Assembly (NCBI GenBank): GCA_000432995.1
Contig: HF972654.1
Span: 28,839-70,836, forward strand
Direction: 5' to 3'
Origin: Clostridium sp. CAG:1013
Lineage (GTDB): Bacteria; Bacillota; Clostridia; Oscillospirales; Acutalibacteraceae
DNA length: 41,998 nucleotides
Within the stretch, counting starts at the first letter, position 1. The number at the start of each line of letters is the position of its first letter. This document shows, one piece after another, positions 16,769-24,710 of the stretch. A program made the translations under genes and the position numbers. Below the pieces are notes generated by a model. The model was given only the letters and a program-made list of their open reading frames with translations, did no database searches and was not told the DNA's origin.

Positions 16769-19264
16769 TTATAGAAATCTCCCAGTGATACTTTCCGCAC
16801 AGCTAGCGATATCTTCCGGAGTCCCAGCTGCAACAATTCGGCCGCCTTCTTGGCCGCCACCCGGTCCCATGTCAATGAGATAATCCGCATTGCGAATCAC
16901 GTCCAGGTCGTGTTCTATCACAATGACTGTGGCTCCTTGATGGATGAGCGTCTCAAACACTGCAAGTAGGGTGCGCACATCTAGGGGATGTAGTCCAATG
17001 GTGGGTTCATCGAAGACAAATACCGATCCAGTTTGTCCTCGGCCCATTTCGCTTGCCAATTTCAAACGTTGGGCTTCTCCGCCGGATAAGCTGGGCGTTG
17101 CTTCGCCCAATGTCAGGTATCCCAGACCAAGATCCTCCAACACTTGGAGACGTTGGCTGACAAGTTTCAATTCCCGGCAGTTCTCCAACGCTGTGTGTAT
17201 GTCCATCTCCATCAGCTGGGGAAGAGAATACTCCTTGCCGGTTTTTCCATGATATTTGACTGTTTCTGCCTCCTTGGAATAACGAGAACCTCTGCATTGA
17301 GGGCAGGGGATCTCCACATCCGGTAAGAACTGCACATCAAGACTGATGGATCCCGTACCGTCGCACAGAGGGCAGCGAAGAGAACCAGTATTGTAAGAGA
17401 AATCCCCAGCTTTCCAACCTCTGTTTTTTGCGTCGGCCGTGCGAGCAAAGACTTTCCGGAGTTCGTCATGAACGTTGGCGTAGGTTGCCACCGTAGACCG
17501 CACATTGATCCCAATGGGTGTGGCATCGATAAGTTTTGCACGATGTATGCCGGATGCTTCCACTTGGTGGACATGATTTGGCAAAGGTGTACCCTCAATG
17601 GCAGCTTCCAAAGCGGGAAGAAGGCTTTCCAAAATAAGAGTGGTCTTACCAGAACCGGATACACCAGTTACTACGGTCAACCGCCCTTGGGGAATGGAGA
17701 CGTCCAGAGGCTGTACTGTGTGAATAGCCCCAGTGGAAAGGTGAATGGCTCCTAGTTCAAACATGGAGTCTTTGGAAACTGGAGTCCGGAGAGGTGGTTG
17801 TATTCTGTCCCCCAGAAAAGGGCCAATCTTGGAAGCTGTGTTATGTTGCAGGTCGTTCACGGTGCCTTGAGCAATCACCTCACCGCCGTTTGCGCCAGCT
17901 CCCGGCCCCATTTCAATGATCCAATCCCCATGAGAAAGAATCTGCGTGTCGTGGTCCACTAGTAGAACCGAATTTCCATCCGCCACTAAGTCGTCCATGA
18001 CTCGGATAAGTCCTACGATGTTACTGGGGTGCAAACCGATAGAAGGTTCGTCCAAAACGTAGAGGACTCCGGTAGTCCTGTTGCGAACTGCTCGGGCTAG
18101 CTGCATCCGTTGCCGCTCTCCAGTGGAAAGAGTGGAAGAGGCTCTATCCAAGGAAAGATATCCAAGGCCCAGTTCCACCAAACGGATCGCAGTATCCTGG
18201 AATGATTGACAAATGCTTTCCGCCATTGGCTGCATCTCTTCTGGGAGGGAAGCAGGAACCCCTTTGACCCATTCAATCAGTTGAGTCAAGGTCATCTGGC
18301 AAGCTTCATCCAGGCCGATTCCTTGGAGCTTGGGCGCTCGTGCTTGCGGGGAAAGCCGGGTGCCATGACAGTCGGGGCAAAGGTCCTCTTTCAGGAATTT
18401 CTCCACTCGTTTCATGCCCTTTTCATCTTTGACTTTCGCTAGGGCGTTTTCAACGGTATATACTGCGTTGTAATAGGTGAAGTCCAGCTCCGCAGCGTCA
18501 TTGGAGTTTTTTGCTTTGTAAAAAATATGCTTCTTCACTGCGGGACCATCAAAGACAATGTCTCGTTCTTCCTTCGTCAATTCTCGAAAAGGAACATGAG
18601 TACGCACTCCCATAGCCCGGCATACATCGGTCATCAAGGACCACATGAGAGTTTTCCAGGGCAGTACGGCTCCTTCCTCGATGGAAAGAGATTCATCCGG
18701 CACCAGTGTAGAGCGGTCCACCGCTCGGACAATTCCCGTGCCTCCACAGGTAGGACAGGCGCCTTGCGAGTTGAAAGCCAGTTCTTCCGCACTGGGGGCA
18801 TAAAAGGTAACGCTGCATTCTGGGCAAGTGAGTGGTTGGCCAGCTGCCACCCCAAGGGAAGGAGGAAGAACGTGACCATTCGGGCAGCAATGATGAGCCA
18901 GGCGGGAGAACATCAGCCGGAGACTATTCAGCAGTTCTGTTCCCGTACCAAAAGTGCTGCGAATTCCTGGAACACCAGGGCGTTGATGCAGTGCCAGTGA
19001 CGCGGGAACGTATAGCACTTCATCCACATCGGCTTTGGCGCTTTGGGTCATCCGACGGCGAGTATAAGTGGAGAGCGCTTCCAGATATCGTCGGGATCCT
19101 TCCGCGTAAAGTACACCCAAAGCCAAGGAAGATTTCCCAGAACCAGACACACCTGCAACTCCTACAATCTGGTTCAAAGGAACGTTAACGTCCACGTTTT
19201 TAAGGTTATGTACTCTAGCACCCCGAATAAGAATTTCCTTGGGCGCTCCAGCGGTAACTCCCAT
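16769..19264 (-). CDS. UvrA-family ABC ATPase (short class II/DrrC-like paralog)
   Basis: GARVHNLKN, two GVSGSGK Walker A motifs, LSTGE/LSGGE signatures and CxxC zinc fingers; 831 aa; no uvrB/uvrC nearby. Confidence 0.9.
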   Translation of the reverse strand: MGVTAGAPKEILIRGARVHNLKNVDVNVPLNQIVGVAGVSGSGKSSLALGVLYAEGSRRYLEALSTYTRRRMTQSAKADVDEVLYVPASLALHQRPGVPGIRSTFGTGTELLNSLRLMFSRLAHHCCPNGHVLPPSLGVAAGQPLTCPECSVTFYAPSAEELAFNSQGACPTCGGTGIVRAVDRSTLVPDESLSIEEGAVLPWKTLMWSLMTDVCRAMGVRTHVPFRELTKEERDIVFDGPAVKKHIFYKAKNSNDAAELDFTYYNAVYTVENALAKVKDEKGMKRVEKFLKEDLCPDCHGTRLSPQARAPKLQGIGLDEACQMTLTQLIEWVKGVPASLPEEMQPMAESICQSFQDTAIRLVELGLGYLSLDRASSTLSTGERQRMQLARAVRNRTTGVLYVLDEPSIGLHPSNIVGLIRVMDDLVADGNSVLLVDHDTQILSHGDWIIEMGPGAGANGGEVIAQGTVNDLQHNTASKIGPFLGDRIQPPLRTPVSKDSMFELGAIHLSTGAIHTVQPLDVSIPQGRLTVVTGVSGSGKTTLILESLLPALEAAIEGTPLPNHVHQVEASGIHRAKLIDATPIGINVRSTVATYANVHDELRKVFARTADAKNRGWKAGDFSYNTGSLRCPLCDGTGSISLDVQFLPDVEIPCPQCRGSRYSKEAETVKYHGKTGKEYSLPQLMEMDIHTALENCRELKLVSQRLQVLEDLGLGYLTLGEATPSLSGGEAQRLKLASEMGRGQTGSVFVFDEPTIGLHPLDVRTLLAVFETLIHQGATVIVIEHDLDVIRNADYLIDMGPGGGQEGGRIVAAGTPEDIASCAESITGRFL

Positions 19265-19343
19265 GTTCCATCCACCAGCTTTCTATATTTGTTTTATTAT
19301 AGCACAGGCGTGAAAAGGTGAACAAGTGGCGTAACCCCCAAAC

Positions 19344-19384
19344 AAAAATCCCCACCTGCTTATTGGCAAGGTGGGGAAGTTTTT
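19344..19384 (-). terminator. Terminator after the MBOAT operon
   Basis: AAAAATCCCCACCTGC...GCAAGGTGGGGA inverted repeat, U-tract on the minus strand. Confidence 0.65.
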
Positions 19385-19393
19385 ATAAGAGGA

Positions 19394-20773
19394 TTAGGAT
19401 TGGACTTGCAGTGGGGAGGACCACCATTGACCATTTTCTTTATAGAGAATTTGAGCTCCAGAAAGATCGGTTTCCAGGGGTAAATAAGCCGTAAAAGGAT
19501 AAGCCTCCTGGCCTTCCTCTACGGTTCCCACAGGAGAGAGCTCATAGGTTACTCCGTTCACTTGGAGGTAGAGGGGGGAGTCTGTGTCGCAAGGGTTTAT
19601 TTGTCCGGTGACTGTCAAATAACCTGGCGTACTGGGAGACTGAGCCCCTTGGGCCACGGCTTCGTTGTCTCCAGGCTGTACTGATTCCGTGAAATCCACT
19701 TCCGGTGCCGGGAAGATGAACGAGATCTGGGAGAGCAAAGGCAAGTTTCGCTCCACAATCTCCACGATTACATAGTTCGCACTGATTTCGTCCATCATGC
19801 CCAGATTGTAGGGCTGAGCTCGTGAAAACAGAGCGTGGCTGAAATCTTCCGCCATAAGGCTGTGCAGAGTGTTGCCGAAAGAGTCACGGAACATGAGCAG
19901 ATTCCCCAAGGTACCGTCGCTGCTGGTCTGGATCCGCAGATCGTCCACATCCCGAATAGGAGTGTCATAGGTGAAGTCCAGTTCCTCTGTAAACTGCCAC
20001 TGATTATCCAGAACAGGAGAAGCAGGATAAAGCATTTGATACAGGTCACCTTGGTGAGTGGGCTGATAAGTTCCCTCCTTGGAGAAGGCATCACCGGAAA
20101 GTCCCAGGCAGTCCAGAAGAACATCGTGAGCTAAAGTCGCCCCCCGATAGGTCCAGTGAGAGTCCAGCTTGTGGTAAAGAACTTCTTCTTGCTCCTGGAA
20201 GGCTATAAACAGGTCGGCGTAGGGGACCTGTTCCGCTGTGAGGGCATTTTTAACCTGCTTGGCCGTGGTTATTTCTCCCGGGACAAGACCGTCCTGAGCG
20301 TACTCAGGATACAGAGAGATCTTGTTTGGCGCCACGGTGAACAGGAACGAGGCTCCTTTGCTTTCCACATAGTTTCGGGCCAGGGCCAGGGATCTGCCGA
20401 TGGCATAAGCCTGGCGTTCCGTCAAACAGTCAGCGCCAGTGTAGTCATCCAAGGTCTCCGCGTAAAAAAGCCAGCCGTCCCTGCCCAAGGCTACCTGATC
20501 CTGGGAGGAAGTGTGGAACACAGCGGCTTTTAGGGCGGAATCTGCCGTGATCAGCTCCTGCCGAAAGGCGAAGTGATCCGCAAAGTAGTCCGCCGCGTCG
20601 GACATGACCTCCAAATTCAAAGAACCGTCTGCCTGGGTGAGGACAGGCTTGGGAGAGAGTACCTCGTTGGCAGCGGCTTCACTTTCCCCAAGAAACAGCA
20701 TTCCTAATCCTGGAATAGCACAGGCGCAGAAAAAGAGAATCACGAATATTGAAGAAAACTTTTTGCCCATCAT
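19394..20773 (-). CDS. AlgJ/AlgX-like (DHHW-type) extracytoplasmic O-acyltransferase
   Basis: N-terminal TM; LGRDGWLF, VAPNK, KLDSHW (DxH) and RDSFGN (catalytic Ser) motifs. Confidence 0.85.
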   Translation of the reverse strand: MMGKKFSSIFVILFFCACAIPGLGMLFLGESEAAANEVLSPKPVLTQADGSLNLEVMSDAADYFADHFAFRQELITADSALKAAVFHTSSQDQVALGRDGWLFYAETLDDYTGADCLTERQAYAIGRSLALARNYVESKGASFLFTVAPNKISLYPEYAQDGLVPGEITTAKQVKNALTAEQVPYADLFIAFQEQEEVLYHKLDSHWTYRGATLAHDVLLDCLGLSGDAFSKEGTYQPTHQGDLYQMLYPASPVLDNQWQFTEELDFTYDTPIRDVDDLRIQTSSDGTLGNLLMFRDSFGNTLHSLMAEDFSHALFSRAQPYNLGMMDEISANYVIVEIVERNLPLLSQISFIFPAPEVDFTESVQPGDNEAVAQGAQSPSTPGYLTVTGQINPCDTDSPLYLQVNGVTYELSPVGTVEEGQEAYPFTAYLPLETDLSGAQILYKENGQWWSSPLQVQS

Positions 20774-20788
20774 GTGATCCTCCTTTTC

Positions 20789-22195
20789 TTAGAATCGAAA
20801 ATAGATGAAGGGATTAAAATCGCTGCCTGCCAGATTCATCACGCACAGGCAGAATAAGACTGCCGCTGCCCCATAGGAGACAGCTTCCAGCGCTTTACCA
20901 CTCCTAAGTGTCGCGGTCTTAGAACGGAGCCAGGGAAGCAGGGGGAAGGAAAAAACTAGACCCAGCAACACGGTGGTCACATTCAGAGGGGAAAGCAGCT
21001 CTCGGAGAAGAGCGTCACTCTGAAGAGTAAAGGTAAAGCCTGTGAACATTTGGGAGTAGATCCGCCCCGCGTCAGCCAAAGTGTCCGCTCGAAACAACAC
21101 GAATCCCAACAGCACCACCAGAGGCGTGACAATGTGACCAGCTATCCGGCGGAATTTGCCGCCTCGGGGAAGAAGATCCTCCGCCACGATAAACGCTCCA
21201 TGCCACAGCCCCCAAAGCACAAAGTTCCAGGAAGCTCCATGCCAGAGGCCGGTGCAGAAAAATACCAGCGTCTTGTTCAGTTCTGTGCGGAGTTTGCCTT
21301 TCCGGTTTCCGCCCAGCGGGATGTAAAGATAGTCCCGGAACCAGGAGGAAAGGGAAATATGCCACCGCCTCCAGAACTCTTTCACTGAGCCGCTGATATA
21401 AGGATAGTTGAAGTTTTCCAGGAAGCGGAAACCGAACATTCGCCCAAGACCAATGGCCATGTCGCTGTATCCGGAGAAATCGAAGTAGATCTGCAAGGCG
21501 TAGCAGAGCGCACCCAGCCAAGCCAGACGCAGATCCAACTCCTGAGTTCCCGCGGAAAAAACCAGGTCTGCCATGTGGCCCACTGTGTTGGCGATGAGCA
21601 GTTTCTTGGAAAGACCTAGAATAAACCTGCGGACGCCGTCAGCAGTGAGAGGGGAGGAGACTTGTCTCTCGTCGATTTGCTGGGCCACATCATGGTATTT
21701 TACAATGGGACCTGCAATGAGCTGTGGGAAGAAAGAGATATACAGCGCTAGTTTTACAAAGCCTTTTGCAACCTGTTTCCGGTCACGATAGACGTCGATC
21801 ACATAGGAAAGCCCTTGGAAGGTGAAAAAGGAAATGCCCACCGGCAGGGCAATGCCCGTCAGTGGGATTTCCAGGGAAAAGGCCCGGTTTACGGAGGTGA
21901 GGAAAAAGTCAGTGTATTTGAACACAGACAGCATTCCCAGGTTCAGGATCACAGCTGCTGCAACTACCAACTTATCCTTACCCTTGCCGGAAATAGCCAA
22001 AAGCCGGCCTGCGGCAAAATTGATCAAGGTGGAGAAGAGCATCAGCAGCACATAGACCGGTTCGCCAAAAGCGTAGAAAAGGAAACTGGCGATCAGAAGC
22101 AGAACGTTCTTAGCTCGGATCCCTGGGACGATCCTGGAAAGAACGAACACCACCGGCAGGAATACAAACAGAAAAGCAGCCGAACTGAATACCAA
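20789..22195 (-). CDS. MBOAT family O-acyltransferase (AlgI/PatA-like)
   Basis: LPVGISFFTFQ, FFPQLIAGPI, DFSGYSDMAIG, FWRRWHISLS and GLWHGA; C-terminal PFIYFRF; likely TTG start at 22195 after AAGGAG. Confidence 0.95.
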   Translation of the reverse strand: MVFSSAAFLFVFLPVVFVLSRIVPGIRAKNVLLLIASFLFYAFGEPVYVLLMLFSTLINFAAGRLLAISGKGKDKLVVAAAVILNLGMLSVFKYTDFFLTSVNRAFSLEIPLTGIALPVGISFFTFQGLSYVIDVYRDRKQVAKGFVKLALYISFFPQLIAGPIVKYHDVAQQIDERQVSSPLTADGVRRFILGLSKKLLIANTVGHMADLVFSAGTQELDLRLAWLGALCYALQIYFDFSGYSDMAIGLGRMFGFRFLENFNYPYISGSVKEFWRRWHISLSSWFRDYLYIPLGGNRKGKLRTELNKTLVFFCTGLWHGASWNFVLWGLWHGAFIVAEDLLPRGGKFRRIAGHIVTPLVVLLGFVLFRADTLADAGRIYSQMFTGFTFTLQSDALLRELLSPLNVTTVLLGLVFSFPLLPWLRSKTATLRSGKALEAVSYGAAAVLFCLCVMNLAGSDFNPFIYFRF

Positions 22196-22222
22196 AAGAC
22201 ACAACTCCTTAAAGGGGATCGA

Positions 22223-22801
22223 TCAATAAACGGCGACGACCACTTCGCTACCGCTGACGCTGCGGAAGGTATTCACCGTGAAGCCGCTGTAATAGAGGAT
22301 GCCGTCTTCTCCTTCCTGACCGCTGCAGCTGGTGGCGTATTCAGAGGAGTTGGGATAGCCGAACACACTGTAGAACGTGCCAATGTCATAGCCAACGTAA
22401 TCGTAGGGGCTGGCCGCCTCAGGTTCTGGTGTGGGTTCGGGAGTGGGTTCCGGCGTCGGGACAGGAGTGGACTCAGGTGTGGGGACGGGAGTAGTATCCG
22501 TCACAGAAGCAGTGTTATTGGCAGAATCATTTTGGGAAGAGCTATAAGATTCCTCAGCTTCCGAAGAAGAGGGCACCTCCACCTCTGCCTGACTGGTGGA
22601 GCTCATGGCAGCTTTCGGAGTGGGGGAAGCGCTGGAACTGGCAGAAGGACTCGCCTTGGGGCTGGCACTTGGACTGGCGCTGGGAGATGCGCTGGGGGAT
22701 GGAGCGGCGCTGGAAGTGCTGTTGGAAGAGCTTGATCCGCCGCAGGCACACAGGGACAAGGCCAGGCACACAGCTGCGATAATAGAGAGCAGTCTTTTCA
22801 T
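22223..22801 (-). CDS. Lipoprotein with Ser/Pro/Thr-rich linker and small C-terminal domain
   Basis: Signal MKRLLSIIAAVCLALSLCAC (lipobox); SASP and PTPE repeats; C-terminal domain YVGYDIG...GYP...YATSC..GEDGILYYSGFTV. Confidence 0.85.
   Translation of the reverse strand: MKRLLSIIAAVCLALSLCACGGSSSSNSTSSAAPSPSASPSASPSASPKASPSASSSASPTPKAAMSSTSQAEVEVPSSSEAEESYSSSQNDSANNTASVTDTTPVPTPESTPVPTPEPTPEPTPEPEAASPYDYVGYDIGTFYSVFGYPNSSEYATSCSGQEGEDGILYYSGFTVNTFRSVSGSEVVVAVY
22425..22710 (-). repeat. Coding low-complexity repeats (SASP)n and (PTPE/PTPV)n
   Basis: Translation SPSASPSASPSASPKASPSAS...TPVPTPESTPVPTPEPTPEPTPEPE. Confidence 0.75.
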
Positions 22802-22836
22802 GGAGAACATTCCTTTCCTCAAATGGATGATTTCAC

Positions 22837-24324
22837 TCAGCTAAGGATCTTATCGTTCACCCGGTAGTGGGCGACACTTTGGCCGTAGGGCTTCATAAAC
22901 AGGTCCCAGTTATAGCCCCAGGTGGCGGCATGACCATCCCGAAGCTGGGGATCGCATACATAGATCACACCGTTCAGGTCGATTTCCACCCAGCCATGCT
23001 CTGACCAACTGCCGTATGTCCAGGTGGGGCAGGTATCCACTGTAACCATTCCGGACACAGCAGTAGCCTGGTAACCCAGCCGCTGGGCCAGCAGCGCATA
23101 CAGCGCCGCGTAGCTGTAACAGTTCCCCCGGCGGCGGTCGATCATAGAGGAAGCGTAAGTATTTACCCAACCGGTGCTCCCCTGAGGAACGTGGGAAAGA
23201 GCCAGATAGCTGTAATCATCAATGATGTAATTGTACATTCTCCGCAGATTTTCATAAAGGGAAACACTGGGATCAGCTTCCCGCTGAATGATAGAGGTCA
23301 GTTTCGCGTCTAATCTGACGTCTCCGGTGGTGAAACGGCCCAAGTCGTTGAATTGCAGCACGCCCACGGAGTCGTTGCGCACATAGTAGCCATCGTCGCC
23401 CACGTAGTAAAGCTGGCTGTCAACCAAATGCGGACCACGGCCAAGCTGTGCGGTGGGAACCACATACCCTTCCCAGACCTCATTGTCTTCCTCGTCGTAG
23501 GAATGACTGTGAGGAGTGGAAGCTTCCATGATGTGGTAGTAGGCCCAGTGATCGAAAGGCAGATCCAGGAACCGCAGAACCTTCCCCTGGGAATCCAGCA
23601 GGGACTTGTCGGCGGAACGGCCCAGCATATTGTTGATCATGGCGAAGGCTTCGGCTCTGGTGATGGGGGAGTTGGGACGGAAAGAACCGTCCGGATAACC
23701 GGAAACCCACCCTTGAGCAGCCACGTTTTGAATATAGGAGTAAGCCCAATGGGTGGAGGGGACATCGGTAAAGGTGATGTCAGTTGTTTTCATGGGAAAT
23801 AGCTTAGAGAGAATGGCGGAAAACTCTGCTCGGGTAATATTCCGATTAGGAGCGAAAGTGTTGTCGCCCATACCGGAAAGAATGCTCATGTTTGTGAGAG
23901 AATCCACAAACACCTGATACCAAGCGCCGGAAGGCACATCCTCGAATTTACCTTCCCCGGGATCGGCTGGGTCTGTAAGAAGCTGATAGATCAAGCTGGC
24001 AGCTTCGGAACGGCGGAGGTTACCATCGGGATTCACCGTATCCTCCGTACCGGAAACATAGGACACGTGTTCCTCTATGTACATGCCAAACAAGGGCTGC
24101 AAAGCCGTGCCAGTTTCACTATCCTCGCCTTCAGAGTTGTCATGGTCAGGAAGAGGCTCTTCCTCCTGACCGGGTTCGTCATCCGCGGGCTCGGTTTCAT
24201 CGCTTTCATCAAAAACTTGGACGGGGGTACCTTCTGACTCATCGCCTTCATAAGCGGAGGCGGTGAGGGGCAAAGCGCAAAACGTCAATACAGCCGATAG
24301 TAAAACGGCAGCAAATCTTTTCAT
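22837..24324 (-). CDS. Secreted S-layer-homology (SLH) protein with C-terminal transglutaminase-like domain
   Basis: Signal peptide (LTASA); SLH repeats (FAPNRNITRAEF, FRPNSPITRAEA); triad GNCYSYA (Cys), HGWVEI (His), CDPQ (Asp); upstream minus-strand TTGACT-17-TAACAT. Confidence 0.88.
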   Translation of the reverse strand: MKRFAAVLLSAVLTFCALPLTASAYEGDESEGTPVQVFDESDETEPADDEPGQEEEPLPDHDNSEGEDSETGTALQPLFGMYIEEHVSYVSGTEDTVNPDGNLRRSEAASLIYQLLTDPADPGEGKFEDVPSGAWYQVFVDSLTNMSILSGMGDNTFAPNRNITRAEFSAILSKLFPMKTTDITFTDVPSTHWAYSYIQNVAAQGWVSGYPDGSFRPNSPITRAEAFAMINNMLGRSADKSLLDSQGKVLRFLDLPFDHWAYYHIMEASTPHSHSYDEEDNEVWEGYVVPTAQLGRGPHLVDSQLYYVGDDGYYVRNDSVGVLQFNDLGRFTTGDVRLDAKLTSIIQREADPSVSLYENLRRMYNYIIDDYSYLALSHVPQGSTGWVNTYASSMIDRRRGNCYSYAALYALLAQRLGYQATAVSGMVTVDTCPTWTYGSWSEHGWVEIDLNGVIYVCDPQLRDGHAATWGYNWDLFMKPYGQSVAHYRVNDKILS

Positions 24325-24571
24325 AATACATGTTCCCTCTTTCTCCTCAGTCGTTTCTTGCAAGAAGAAGCAAGAATATACAAAAAATATGTTACACTTT
24401 TTTCCTTTTCAAGTCAAGGAAAACGCTGGATTTTCCATAGAAGGATGCCATTCTCGCAAATTTTACCTTATGCTTGGAATCGTGGGATTTTTCCAAAATA
24501 GTTTTCTTTAATCCCTTATTCTCTTCCTTTATTTAGGTGTATGTCAGAAAACAAATCGTTTTATTTGCAGG

Positions 24572-24600
24572 TTGAAATGGCAAAAGAAACAGTGTATACT
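24572..24600 (+). promoter_or_regulatory. sigma-A promoter of the GH95 gene
   Basis: TTGAAA-17 nt-TATACT; the -10 sits in the imperfect palindrome ACAGTGTATACTCTGT. Confidence 0.6.
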
Positions 24601-24710
24601 CTGTCTGTATTAGTACCGTATAGGTGAGAAGGGTTACTCTGTGCGGTTTATGTGATGCTTGTAAAAAGAATCGTTTCATTTTGTGGCGTATGATAAAGGG
24701 AGGAATCAGC

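Noticed and set aside
22425..22710. Repeats as a possible CRISPR array or VNTR
   Set aside because: Degenerate 12-nt-period coding repeats for a Ser/Pro linker, with no spacers and no cas genes
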